Below are positions 1 to 12,166 of a stretch of 64,000 nucleotides of DNA, one piece after another. Made by a program: the position numbers and the translations under genes. Source of the DNA: Paragordius varius (taxonomy: Eukaryota; Animalia; Nematomorpha); the NCBI GenBank assembly GCA_964247055.1, contig OZ176060.1, forward strand, positions 930,001 through 994,000, in the 5' to 3' direction. Each line of letters starts with the position of its first letter. The stretch's first letter is position 1. Under the pieces are notes generated by a model, which saw only the letters and a list, made by a program, of their open reading frames with translations, was not told the DNA's origin and searched no databases.

Positions 1-384
1 ATTAAAATTTATAATAATCTAATTGAAATTGTTAATAAACATATTTTTTCTTGATAAATTTTTTTTACTTAAAAGCTTCTTAATATTACAGCGAGTATAT
101 ACTACATTACTCAAGTATTTTAAAATGAAAACTCGAAAAAAATAAGTAAAAGGAAATAATATAATTAAAATTGATTATAATATTTATAATTCTCTAAAAT
201 AAAGATTTTTTTAATCTCTCTTTTAAAGCTTTTATTATTACAGCGAGTATATACTTAATTATTCAAATATTTATAAAACAAAGACTTTATTTCTAATAGA
301 AATTTCAAATATAAACTCGAAAATAAAAAAATAAGTAAAAAGAAAGTTAATTAAAACTAAAATTGAATTGTTTATAATTCTATA

Positions 385-923
385 CAGTAAAAATTTAAAT
401 TCTACGGAAAAAACGTAAAATATAAAAACCAATTATTTTTATCTAAAAGACAACCATACTTTTAAAATTTATATTTTTATATATATACCATTTACAGTTC
501 AAATTCACCCTTGAACAATTCAAATTCACCCTTAAACAATTCAAATTTACCCTAAAAAGAAATTATGTTGTTTTAGAAACAATTATAACTTATTAATTAT
601 ATGAAATATATCTTTATTGCATAGTTTATTATTTTTATTTAAAACAAAATTTATATTTTTAAAATATATATTAAAATATAGGTAATTTTTTATTTTAAAA
701 TCACACATAAATTTTATTAGAGGGTGAATTTGAATTATTTAAGGGTAAATTTAAATTGTAATGGTATATAAATCAATATAGAAATTTTATTGTTAACTCA
801 ACAAATATGATTTTTACATTGTAATCAAATGTTTTTTATAGAAGAAATTTAAAAAGTATGGTTGTCTTTTGAATAAAACATATATTTTTACATTTTGTCC
901 GTATAAATTCACAGTTTTCACTG
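385..923 (+). mobile_element. Element B copy 1: non-autonomous foldback/MITE-like element, Tc1/mariner-type ends (539 bp)
   Basis: TA|CAGTAAAAA at 383-393 and TTTTCACTG|TA at 915-925. Inverted pair AAAAGACAACCATACTTTT / AAAAGTATGGTTGTCTTTT (first base of the left arm differs here). Inner inverted arms TACCATTTACAGTTCAAATTCACCCTT / AGGGTGAATTTGAATT..GTAATGGTA. One internal repeat. Confidence 0.75.
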
Positions 924-2004
924 TATTTGTTATAAAATAAAACACTTTTTTTCTTGATAAATTTCTGTAGATAGAAATTTCTTATTATAAAACTGGAAAA
1001 AAATAAGTAAAAGCAAAAAATCAAATTAATATTTATAATAATCTAATTAAAATTGTTAATAAAGACTTTTTTTTCTTGATAAATCTCTATAGATAGAAAT
1101 TTAAAATTATAAAACTCGAAAAAAAACAAGTAAAAGGAAATAATCTACAAATTGAAATTGTCAATTATAATAATAATAATAATATTCTTTATATAAACAC
1201 TTTTTTTTGATAAATCTTTTTTTTACTTAAAAGCTTCTTAATATTACAGCGAGTATTTACTACATTACTCAGTATTTTAAGAGCAAGGTGATATAAATCT
1301 AAAATATTCATGTCCTTGTTTAGAACAAGAAATAAATATTTTAAATTATAAACTCGAAAAAAATAAGTAAAAGGAAATAATATATAATTAAAATTTATAA
1401 TAATAATAATATTAGTCTATAAAATAAAGTTTTTTCTTAATAAATCTCTTTAGATAGAAATTTCAAATTAAAAAACTCGAAAATAAAATAAAATAATCTA
1501 GAAATTGAAATTGTTAATAATAATAATATTATTTGTTCTCTAAATTAAACACTTTTTTCTTAATAAATCTCTTTTACTTAAAAGCTTATTAATATTGCAG
1601 CGAGTATATACTTAATTACTCGAGTATTTTAAGAGAGAAAGGTTTTTTTAATCTAAAATATTCTTCTGGCTTCCTTGCTCGAATGAGGGCGAAAAATAAT
1701 TTCAAAAAAAACTCGAAAAAAATAAGTAAAAGGAAATAATCTAGAAAAATTGATAATAAATATAATATTTTTCTTTAAAATAAACACTTTTTTTCTTAAT
1801 AAAACTCTTTTACTTAAAGCTTAACAATATTAAAGCGAGTATATACTACATTACTCAAGTATTTTAAGAGAAAAAGGTTTTTAAATTTCAATTACGAGTG
1901 AGAACAAGAAATGAAAATTTCAAGTAAAAACTCGAAAAAAATAAGTAAAAGGAAACAATCTAATTTAATTTGTTGTTAATATTCTTTAAAAATTCAAATA
2001 ATTA

Positions 2005-2808
2005 ACAAAAAAAACTAAAATATAAAAACGAATATATTTTTATACAAAAGACAACCATGCTTTTATAATTTTTATTTTTATATATATACCATTTACAGTT
2101 TAAATTCACCCTTGAACAATTCAAATTCACCCTTAAACAATTAAAATTTACCCTAAAAAGAAATTATGTGTTTTAGAAACAAATATAACTTATTAATTTT
2201 ATATAAAATTTATCTTTATGGCATAGTTTATTAATTTTTCAGTTTTATTTTAATTTAAAACAAAATTTTTATTTATAAAAATATATTTAAATATAGGTAA
2301 TTTTTTATCTTAAAAAACATATATTTTATATTTGAGGGTGAATTTGAATTATTCAAGGGTGAATTTGAATTGTAATGGTATATAAAAAATTTTTAGTATT
2401 TATTTTTATTTATAAAAATATAATAAAATATAGTAATTTTTTATCTTTTGAAAAAATATATTTTATTTGAGGGTGAATTTGAATTGTTTAAGGATATATA
2501 AATCAAGTATATAGAAATTTTTATTTATAAAAATATATTAAAATATAGGATTTTTTTAATCCTAAAAAACATATATTTTATTTGAGGGTGAATTTGAATT
2601 GTTCAAGAGTAAATTTGAATTTAAGGGTGAATTTAAATTGTAATGGTATATAAATCAATTATATAGAAATTTTTATTGGTTACTCAATCAAGTATGATTT
2701 ATACATTGTAATTAAATGTTTTTTAAAAAAGAAATTAAAAAAGTATGGTTGTCTTTTAAAATAAAATATATTTTACATTTTGTCCGTATAAATTCACAGT
2801 TTTCACTG
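2005..2808 (+). mobile_element. Element B copy 2, left terminus missing
   Basis: Has AAAAGACAACCAT (~2047), inner arms, central core, 3 internal repeats and intact right end TTTTCACTG|TA (2808). No TACAGT left end. Start approximate. Confidence 0.7.
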
Positions 2809-5740
2809 TATTGGTTTTCTAAAACAAAACACTTTTTTTTTCATGATAAATCTCTATAGATAGAAATTTCAAATTTCAAATTAAAAAACTCGAAAAAAAT
2901 AAGTAAAAGTAAATAATCTAATTAAAATTTATAATAATCTAATTGAAATTGTTAATAAACACTTTTTTCTTAATAAATCTCTTTTACTTAAGAGCTTAAC
3001 AATATTAAAGCGAGTATATACTTAATTACTCAGGTATTTAAAAGCAAGGTTTTTTAATTATTCTTGTGGCATCCTTGCTCGAATGAGGGCGAAAAAAAAA
3101 AATTTTAAGTAAAAACTCGAAAAAAATGAGTAAAAGGAAAGAATCTAGAAATTAAAATTGTTGATAAAAATAATATTATCTATAATAAACTCTTTTTAAA
3201 TCTCTTTAACTTAAAAGCTTAACAATATTAAAGCGAGTTTATACTATATTACTCAAGTATTTTAAAATCAAGGTTTTTTAATCTAAAATATTCATCTGGC
3301 TTACTTGCTCGAGTGAGAACATAGTAATTTCAAGTGAAAACTAAAAAAAGTAAAAGGAAACAATCTAATTAAAATTGATAATAATAATAATATTTATGTC
3401 AATAAACATTTTTTCTTGATAAATCTCTATAGATAGAAATTTCAAATTCTAAAACTCAAAAAAATGAAATAAAAGGAAACAATCTAGAAATTGAAATTCA
3501 TAATAATAGATATTATTAGTCTTAAAATAAACACTTTTTTCTTAATATATCTCTTTTAGTAAAAGCTTTTTAATATTACAGCGAGTATATACTAAATTAC
3601 TCAAGTATTTTAGAAACAAAAACTTTTATTCTAATAGAAATTTTAAATAAAAACTCGAAAAAAATAAGTAAAAGGAAATAATCTAGAAATTGAAATTGAA
3701 AATATAATATTATTCTTTTAAAGACTTTTTTTTCTTGATAAATCTGTATAACTGTAAAGCTTATTTATATTAAAGCGAGTATATACTTAATTACTCAAGT
3801 TTTTTAAAAGCAAGGTTTATTTCAACTTTAAATATTCATTTAGTTTCCTTAATAGAGTGAGGGCGAAAAATAGAAATTTTAAAAAACTCGAATAAAATAC
3901 GTAAATCTAATTAAAATTGATAATAAAAATAATATTAATGTCTAAAATAAACACTTTTTTCTGGATAAATCTCTTTAGATAGAAATTTCAAATAAAAACT
4001 CGAAAAAAATAAGTAAAAGGAAATAATCTAGAAATCGAAATTGTTGATAATAAAAATAATATTATTATCTATAATAAACACTTTTTTTCTTAATAAATTT
4101 CTTTTACTTAAAAGCTTCTTAATATTACAGCGAGTATATACTACATTACCCAAGTATTTTAAGCAAGAAAGAAAAATATTTAATCTAAAATTTTATAATC
4201 TAAAATATTCTGTGGCTTCTTTGTTCGAGTTAGAGCAATAAATAGTAATTTTAAGTAAAAACTCGAAAAAAATAAGTAAAAGGAAAGAATCTAATTGATA
4301 TTGATAATAAATATAATATTATTCTTTAAATAGAGATTTTTCTTGATAAATCTCTTTAGATAAAAAGCTTAACAATATTAAAGCGAGTATATACTACATT
4401 ACTCAAGTATTTTAAGAGAAAAAGCAATGTTTTTTAAATCTAAAATATTCCTACGAAAACGAGAAATAAAAATTTCAAATAAAAAACTCGAAAAAAAAAC
4501 AATTAAAAGGAAATAATCTAGAAATTAAAATTGATAATAATAATAATATTATTCTCTAAAACAAAACACTTTTTTTCTTAATAAATCTCTGTAGATAGAA
4601 ATTTCAAATTATAAAAACTCGAAAAAAATAAGTAAAAGGAAACAATCAAGAAATTGAAATTGTTAATTTTAATAAAAATATTATTCTCTAAAACAACACA
4701 CTTTTTTTCTTAATAAATCTCTTTTACTTAAAAGCTTATTAATATTACAGCGAGTATTTACTACATTACTCAAGAATTTTAAGAGAAATAATAAATAAGG
4801 TTTTTTAAATATAAAATATTCCTGTGGATTCCAATTGAAATTTCAAATTATAAAACTAGAAAAAAATAAGTAAAAGGAAATAATCTTAAAATTGATAATT
4901 AATAAATATTAATGTCTGAAATAAACACTTTTTTGTTGATAATTCTGTTTAACTTAAAAGCTTAACAATATTAAAGCGAGTATATACTTATTTACTTAAG
5001 TTCTTTAAAAGCAACTTTTATTCTAAAATATTCCTGTGGATTTCCTTTGAAATTTTAAATGAAAAACTCGAAAAAAAAAAAATAAGTAAAAGGAAACAGT
5101 TTAATTGAAATTGATAATAAAAATAATATTATACTCTAAAACAAAACACTTTTTTCTTTATAAATTTTCTTTTACATAAAAGCTTAACAATATTAAAGTG
5201 AGTATATACTTAAATCAAGTATTTTTTAAAAAAAAAGATCGAAAATAATAAGTAAAAGGAAACAATCTAGAAATTAAAATTGTTAATTAAAAAATAATAT
5301 TATTCTCTGAAATAAAACACTTTTTTCTTAATAAATCTCTTTTACTTAAAAGCTTATTAATATTACAGCGATATTACTCAAGTATTTTACAAAATTTTCT
5401 ATTCTTAAATATTCCTTTCTTTTTGAACATTTCAAATAAAAAAACTCGAAAATAAAAAAAAGTAAAAGGAAATAAACTAGAATTTGAATTGATAAATATA
5501 ATATTATTCTTTAAAACAAAACACTTTTTTCTTGATAAATCTCTTTTACTTAAAATCTTCTTAATATTAAAGCGAGTATATACTTCATTACTCATATATT
5601 TTAAGAAAAAGAAAGAAATAAAGAGGTTTTTAGATCTAAAATATATCTTTGAATTCTTTTTGAAATTTAAATTAAAAACTCGAAAAAAATAAGTAAAAGG
5701 AAATAATTTAATTAAAACTAAAATTGTTGATAATTCTATA

Positions 5741-6425
5741 CGGTAAAAATTTAAATTCTACAGAAAAAAACGTAAAAATATAAAAACAAATATTTTTATC
5801 TAAAAAACAACCATACTTTTAAAATTTATATTTTTATATATATATAACCATTTACAGTTCAAATTCACCCTTGAACAATTCAAATTTACCCTTAAACACA
5901 ATTAAAATTTACCCTAAAAAGAAATTATGTTGTTTTAGAAACAAATATAACTTATTAATTATATGAAATATATCTGTATGACATAATTTATTATTTTAAT
6001 TTAAAATTTTTATTTATAAAAATATATTAAAATATAGGTAATTTTTTATCTTAAAAAACATATTTTGAATTGTTTAAGGGTGAATTTGAATTGTTCAAGG
6101 GTGAATTTTAATTTAAGAGTGAATTAAAATTTTCAGTTACATTTTTATTTATAAAAATATATTAAAATATAGGTAATTTTTTATCTTTTGAAAAAAAAAT
6201 ATATTTTATATTTGAGGGTGAATTTGAATTGTTTAAGGGTGAATTTGTATTGTAATGGTATATAAATCAATTATATAGAAATTTTTATTGTTAACTCAAT
6301 CAAATATGATTTTTTACATTGTAATTAAATATTTTTATGAATTAATTTAGGTTTAAAAAGTATGGTTGTTTTTTGAAAAAAATATATTTTTACATTTTGT
6401 CCGTATAAATTCACAGTTTTCACTG
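5741..6425 (+). mobile_element. Element B copy 3 (685 bp)
   Basis: TA|CGGTAAAAA (variant left end) to TTTTCACTG|TA. Same nested inverted arms. 2 internal repeats. Confidence 0.75.
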
Positions 6426-7186
6426 TATTGGTTTCTAAAACAAAACGCTTTATTTTCTTGATAAATCTCTATAGATAGTAATTTCAAGTAAAAACTCGAA
6501 AAAAACAAGTAAAATGAAATAATCTAGAAATTAAAATTGATAATTAAAAATAATATTATTCTTTAAATAAAGACTTTTTCTGGATAAATCGCTTTTTTAA
6601 GGCTTTTAATAAAGCGAGTATATACTACATTACTCAAGTATTTTAAAATTAAGGTTTTAAAATCTAATATATTACTGTGGATTACTCAAGATTCAAAAAA
6701 AACTCGAAAATAAAAAAAGAAGTAATCAAGAATTTGAAATTGATAATAATATTATTATTTTCCAAAACAAAACACTACTTTTTTCTAGATAAATCGCTTT
6801 TTCTTAAAAGCTTCTAGATATTACAGCGAGTATATACTTCATTACTCAAGTATTTTAAGAGAGAAAAAACATATGAATCTAAAATATTCCTGTGGATATT
6901 TTTAAAATTTAAATTAAAAACTCGAAAAAGGAAAAAATCTAGAAAATTTGTTAATTTTAATAATAATATTAATTGTTCTCTAAAATAAAACACTTTTTTC
7001 TTGATAAATTGCTCTAAAAGCTTATCAATAATAAAGCGAGTATATACTACATTACTCAAGTATTTTAAAAGCAAGATTTTTTAAATATTTCTGTGGGTTT
7101 CCTTTGAAATTAAAATTTCAAGTAAAAACTCGAAAAAATAAGTAAAAGGAAACAATCTAGAAATTGAAATTGTTGATAATGCTATA

Positions 7187-8446
7187 CAGTAAAAATTTAA
7201 ATTCTAGGGAAAAAAACGTAAAAATATAAAAACAAATAGGTTATCTAAAAGAAAACCATACTTTTAAAATTTTTATTTTTATATATATATATACCATTTA
7301 CAGTTCAATTTCACCCTTGAACAATTCAAATTTACCCCTACAATTAAAATTTATCCTAAAAAGGAAATTATGTGTTTTAGAAACAAATATAACTTATTAA
7401 TTATATATGAAATATATCTGTATGGCATAGTTTATTATTTTAATTTAAAAAAATTTTATTTTTTAAAAATATATTAAAATATAAGTAATTTTTTATCTTA
7501 AAAAACATATATTTTGTGAATTTGAATTGTTTAAGGGTCAATTTTACTGTAAATGGTATATAAATCAAGTATAAAGAAATTTTTTTTATAAAAATATATT
7601 AAAATATAATTAATTTTTTATCTTTTGAAAAAAAATTTATTTTATTTGAGGGTAAATTTGAATTGTTTAAGGGTGAATTTGAATTGTAATGGTATATAAA
7701 TCAAGTATATATATAGTAATTTCTATTTATAAAAATATATTAAAATATAGGTAATTTTTTATCTTTTGAAAAAACATATATTTTATTTGAGGGTGAATTT
7801 AAATTGTTTAAGGGTAAATTTGAATTGTAATGGTATATAAAAAAATTTTAGTTACATTTTTATTTATAAAAATATATTAAAATATAGGTAATTTTTTATC
7901 TTTTGAAAAAACATATATTTTATTTGAGGGTAAATTTAAATTGTTCAAGGGTGAATTTGAATTGTAATGGTATATAAATCAAGTATATAGAAATTTTTAT
8001 TTATAAAAATATATTCTGAAATATAGGTAATTTTTTATCTTAAAAACATTTATTTTATTTGAGGGTGAATTTGAATTGTTCAAGGGTGAATTTGAATTCT
8101 AATGGTATAAAAATCAAGTATATAGAAATTATTTTTTAAAAATATATTAAAATATAGGTAATTTTTTATTTTTTGAAAAAATATATTTTATTTGAGGGTG
8201 AATTTGAATTGTTTAAGGGTAAATTTTTATTTTAAGGGTAAATTTGAATTGTTCAAGGGTGAAATTGAATTGTAAATGGTATATAAATCAAGTATATATA
8301 GAAATTTTTATTGTTAACTCAATCAAATATGATTTTTATTTTATAATCAAATGTTTTTTATAAAAGAAATTAAAAAAGTATGGTTGTCTTTTGATCAAAA
8401 AAATAAATTTTAACATTTTGTCCGTATAAATTCACAGTTTTCACTG
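7187..8446 (+). mobile_element. Element B copy 4 (1260 bp)
   Basis: TA|CAGT at 7185-7190 and ACTG|TA at 8443-8448. About 6 tandem internal ~125-135 bp repeats. Confidence 0.78.
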
Positions 8447-9619
8447 TATTGATTCTAAAACAAAACACTTTTTTCTTGATAAATCTCTATAGATAGAAAT
8501 TTTAAATTATAAAACTCGATAAAATTGAGTAAAAGGAAACAATCTAATTAAAATTTATAATAATCTAATTGAAATTGTTAACAAAACACTTTCTTTCTTC
8601 ATAAATTTCTTTTACTTAAAAAACTTAACAATATTAAAGCGAGTATTTACTACATTACTCAAGTATTTTAAGAGAAATATGGAATAAGGTTTTTTATTCT
8701 AAAATCTTACTGTGGATTCCCTTTGAAATTTCAAATAAAAAACTCAAAAAAAATAAGTAAAAGGAAACAATTTAATTAAAATTTATAATAATGATAATAA
8801 TATTTATTCTTTAAATAAGATTTTTTTTTAATAAATCTTTTACTTAAAAGCTATTTAATATTAAATCGAGTATATACTTAATACAAGTATTTTAAAGGCA
8901 AAATTTTTGAATCTTAATTATTCATGTGGCTTCCTTGCTCGAGTTAAAGCGAGAATTAAAAATTTCAAGTAAAAACTTGAAAAAAATAAGTAAAAGCAAA
9001 TGATATAGAAATTAAAATTGTTAATTATAATAATAATATAATTTATTCTCTAAAATGACCACTTTTTTCTTAATAAATCTCTTTTACTCAAAAGCTTATT
9101 ATTACAGCGAGTATATACTACATTACTCAAGTATTTCAAAACAAAGACTTTTATTCTAATAGAATTTCAAATGAAAAACTTGAAATAATAAGTAAAAGGA
9201 AATAATCTAATTAAAATTTATAATAACAATAATATTATTCTCTAAAATAAAGTTTTTTTTATAAATTTTCTTTTACTTAAAAGCTTCTTTATATTACAAC
9301 GAGTATATACTACAATACTCAAGTATTTTAAGACAAAAATTTAAAAAAAGTCTTAAAAGGAAATAATCTAGAAATTAAAATTGTTGATAAATATAATATT
9401 ATTCTTTAAATAAAGTTTTTTCTTAATAAATCTCTTTTTACTTAAAAGCTTCTTAATATTACAGCGAGTATATACTACATTACTCAAGTATTTAAAAAGA
9501 AAGGTTTTTTTAATCTTAATTATTTATGTGGATTCCCTTTGAAATTTCAAATTAAAAACTCGAAAAAAATAAGTAAAAGGAATAATCTAATTAAAATTGA
9601 AATTGTTGATAATACTATA

Positions 9620-10179
9620 CAGTAAAAATTTAAATTCTATACGAATAAAACCTACAAATATAAAAACAAATATTTTAATCTAAAAGACAACCATACTTTT
9701 AAAATTTTATTTTTATATATATTTATATTTATATATACCATTTACAGTTCAAATTCACCCTTGAACAATTAAAATTTACCCTAAAAAGAAATTAAAATTT
9801 ACCCAAAAAAGAAATTATGTGTTTTAGAAACAAATATAACTTATTAATTATATAAAAAATATCTGTATGGCGCATAGTTTATTATATTTATTTATAAAAA
9901 ATTTTATTTTTATTTATAAAAATATATTAAAATATAGGTAATTTTTTATCTTAAAAAACATATATTTTATAATTAAGGGTGAATTTGAATTGTTCAAGGG
10001 TGAATTTGAATTGTAATGGTATATAAATCAAGTATATAGAAATTATTAGTAAATCAATTAAATATGATTTTTCATTGTAATCAAATTTTTTTTATTGGAT
10101 AAATTAAAAAAGTATGGTTGTCTTTTGAAAAAAAAATAAATTTTTACATTTTGTCCGTATAAATTCACAGTTTTCACTG
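9620..10179 (+). mobile_element. Element B copy 5 (560 bp)
   Basis: TA|CAGT at 9618-9623 and ACTG|TA at 10176-10181. One internal repeat. Confidence 0.78.
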
Positions 10180-11903
10180 TATTGGTTTTCTAAAACAAAA
10201 CACTTTTTTCTTGATAAATCTCTATAGGAATAGAAATTTCAAATTAAAAACTCGAAAAAAAGAAGTAAAAGGAAACAATTTAAAACTGAAATTTATAATA
10301 ATCTAATTGAAATTGTTAATATTAGAAATAAACACTTTTTTCTTGATAAATCGCTTTTTTAAAATGCTTATTAATATTAAAACGGGTATTTACTATATTA
10401 ATCAAGAATTTTAAAAGCAAAGACTTTAATTCTAATAGAATTTCAAGTAAAAACTTGAAAAAAATAAGTAAAAGGAAATAATCTAGAAATTGAAATGATA
10501 ATTAAAATAATATTATTCTCTAAAACAACACACTTTTTTTCTAAATTTTCTTTTACTTAAAAGCTTCTTAATATTAAAGCGAGTATATACTTAATTATTC
10601 AAGTATTTTAAAAACAAAGACTTTTATTCTAATAAAAATTTTAAATGAAAAACTCAAAAAAATAAGTAAAAGGAAACAATATTAAAAATTAAAATTCATA
10701 ATAATAATATTATTATTCTTTAAAATAAAGATTTTTTTTTAATAAATTTCTTTTACTTAAAAGCTTATTAATATTAAAGCGAGTATATACTACATTACTC
10801 AAGTATTTTAATAGAAAAACTCGAAAATAAAAAAAAGTAAAAGGAAATAATCTAATTAAAATTGATAATAATAATATTATTTTCTAAAACAACACACTTT
10901 TTTTCTGGATAAATCTCTATAGGATAGAAATTTCAAATAAAAACTCGAAAATAAAAAAAGGAAACAATCTAATTAAAATTGTTAATTATAAATATAATAT
11001 TATAAAATAAGCACTTTATTTCTTGATAAATCTCTATAGGTAGAAATTTCAAATTTCAAATGAAAACTCGAAAAAAATAAGTAAAAGGAAATAATCTAGA
11101 AGAAATTGTTGATAAAAATATTATTTTTCTTTAAATAAAGTTTTTTTTTATAAATTTTTACTTAAAAGCTTCTTAATATTATAGCGAGTATATACTTAAT
11201 TACTCAAGTATTATAAAAATAAAGACTTTTCTTTTAATAGAAACAAATAAAAACTCGAAAATATAGAAAAAATAAGTAAAAGGAAATAATTTAGAAATTG
11301 AAATTGATATTAAAAATAATATTATTCTATAAAACAAAACACTTTTTTTCTTGATAAAAATGCTTTTTCTTAAAGTTTAACAATATTACAGCGAGTATAT
11401 ACTTAATTACTCAAGTATTTTAAAAGCAAGGTTTTATAATCTAATATATTACTGTGGATTTCTTTTAATAGAAATTTTAAAACTCAAAAATAAAAAAAGG
11501 AAACAATCTAAAGTCGAAATTTATAATAAATATAATATTATTCTTTAAATAAAGTTTTTCTTTATAAATTTCTTTTTTACTTAAAAGCTTAACAATATTA
11601 AAGCGAGTATATACTACATTACTCAAGTATTTTAAATAAAAACTTGAAAAAATTGAGTAAAAGGAAATAATCTAAAAATTGAAATTGATAATAAATATAA
11701 TATTATTCTTTAAATAAAGTTTTTTCTTGATAAATCGCTTTTTCTCAAAAACTTATTAATATTAAAGCGAGTATAAACTTAATTATTAAGTATTTAAAAA
11801 GGTTTATTTGAATCTAAATTATTCTTTGCTCGAGTGAGAACGAGAAATATAAATTTCAAATTATAAAACAAGAAAAATAAAAAAAAAGTTAAAGGAAATA
11901 GTC

Positions 11904-12166
11904 TTTTATCTTAAAAAACATATATTTTATTTGAGGGTGAATTTGAATTATTTAAGGGTGAATTAGAATGTTTAAGGGTAAATCTTTCTTTTTATAAATA
12001 TAATTCTAAAGTATTATATAAAAAATTTTATTGGTAATTCAATCAATATGTATTTTACATTGTAATTAAATGTTTTTTATAAAAGAAATAAAAAAAGTAT
12101 GGTTGTTTTTTGAATAAAAAAAATATATTTTTACATTTTGTCCGTATAAATTCACAGTTTTCACTG
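11904..12166 (+). mobile_element. Element B right-half fragment
   Basis: Begins abruptly after an A leader (AAAGGAAATAGTC) with TTTTATCTTAAAAAACATATATTTTATTTGAGGGTG and runs to TTTTCACTG|TA. Left arms and core are absent. Confidence 0.7.

Noticed and set aside
91-145. Hammerhead ribozyme in satellite A or E (CGAAA in ACTCGAAAA; TTGATGA in E)
   Set aside because: The required CTGANGA box followed by a stem II closing at GAAA was not found on either strand by eye. An Infernal/RNAMotif scan would be needed to exclude other ribozymes.
1674-1760. A-tail hairpin as a Helitron 3' end
   Set aside because: No CTRR terminus ~10-15 nt downstream. The nearest CTAG is ~60 nt away and followed by A, not T. 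No Rep/helicase is present. A Helentron/DINE-like origin cannot be excluded but is unsupported.
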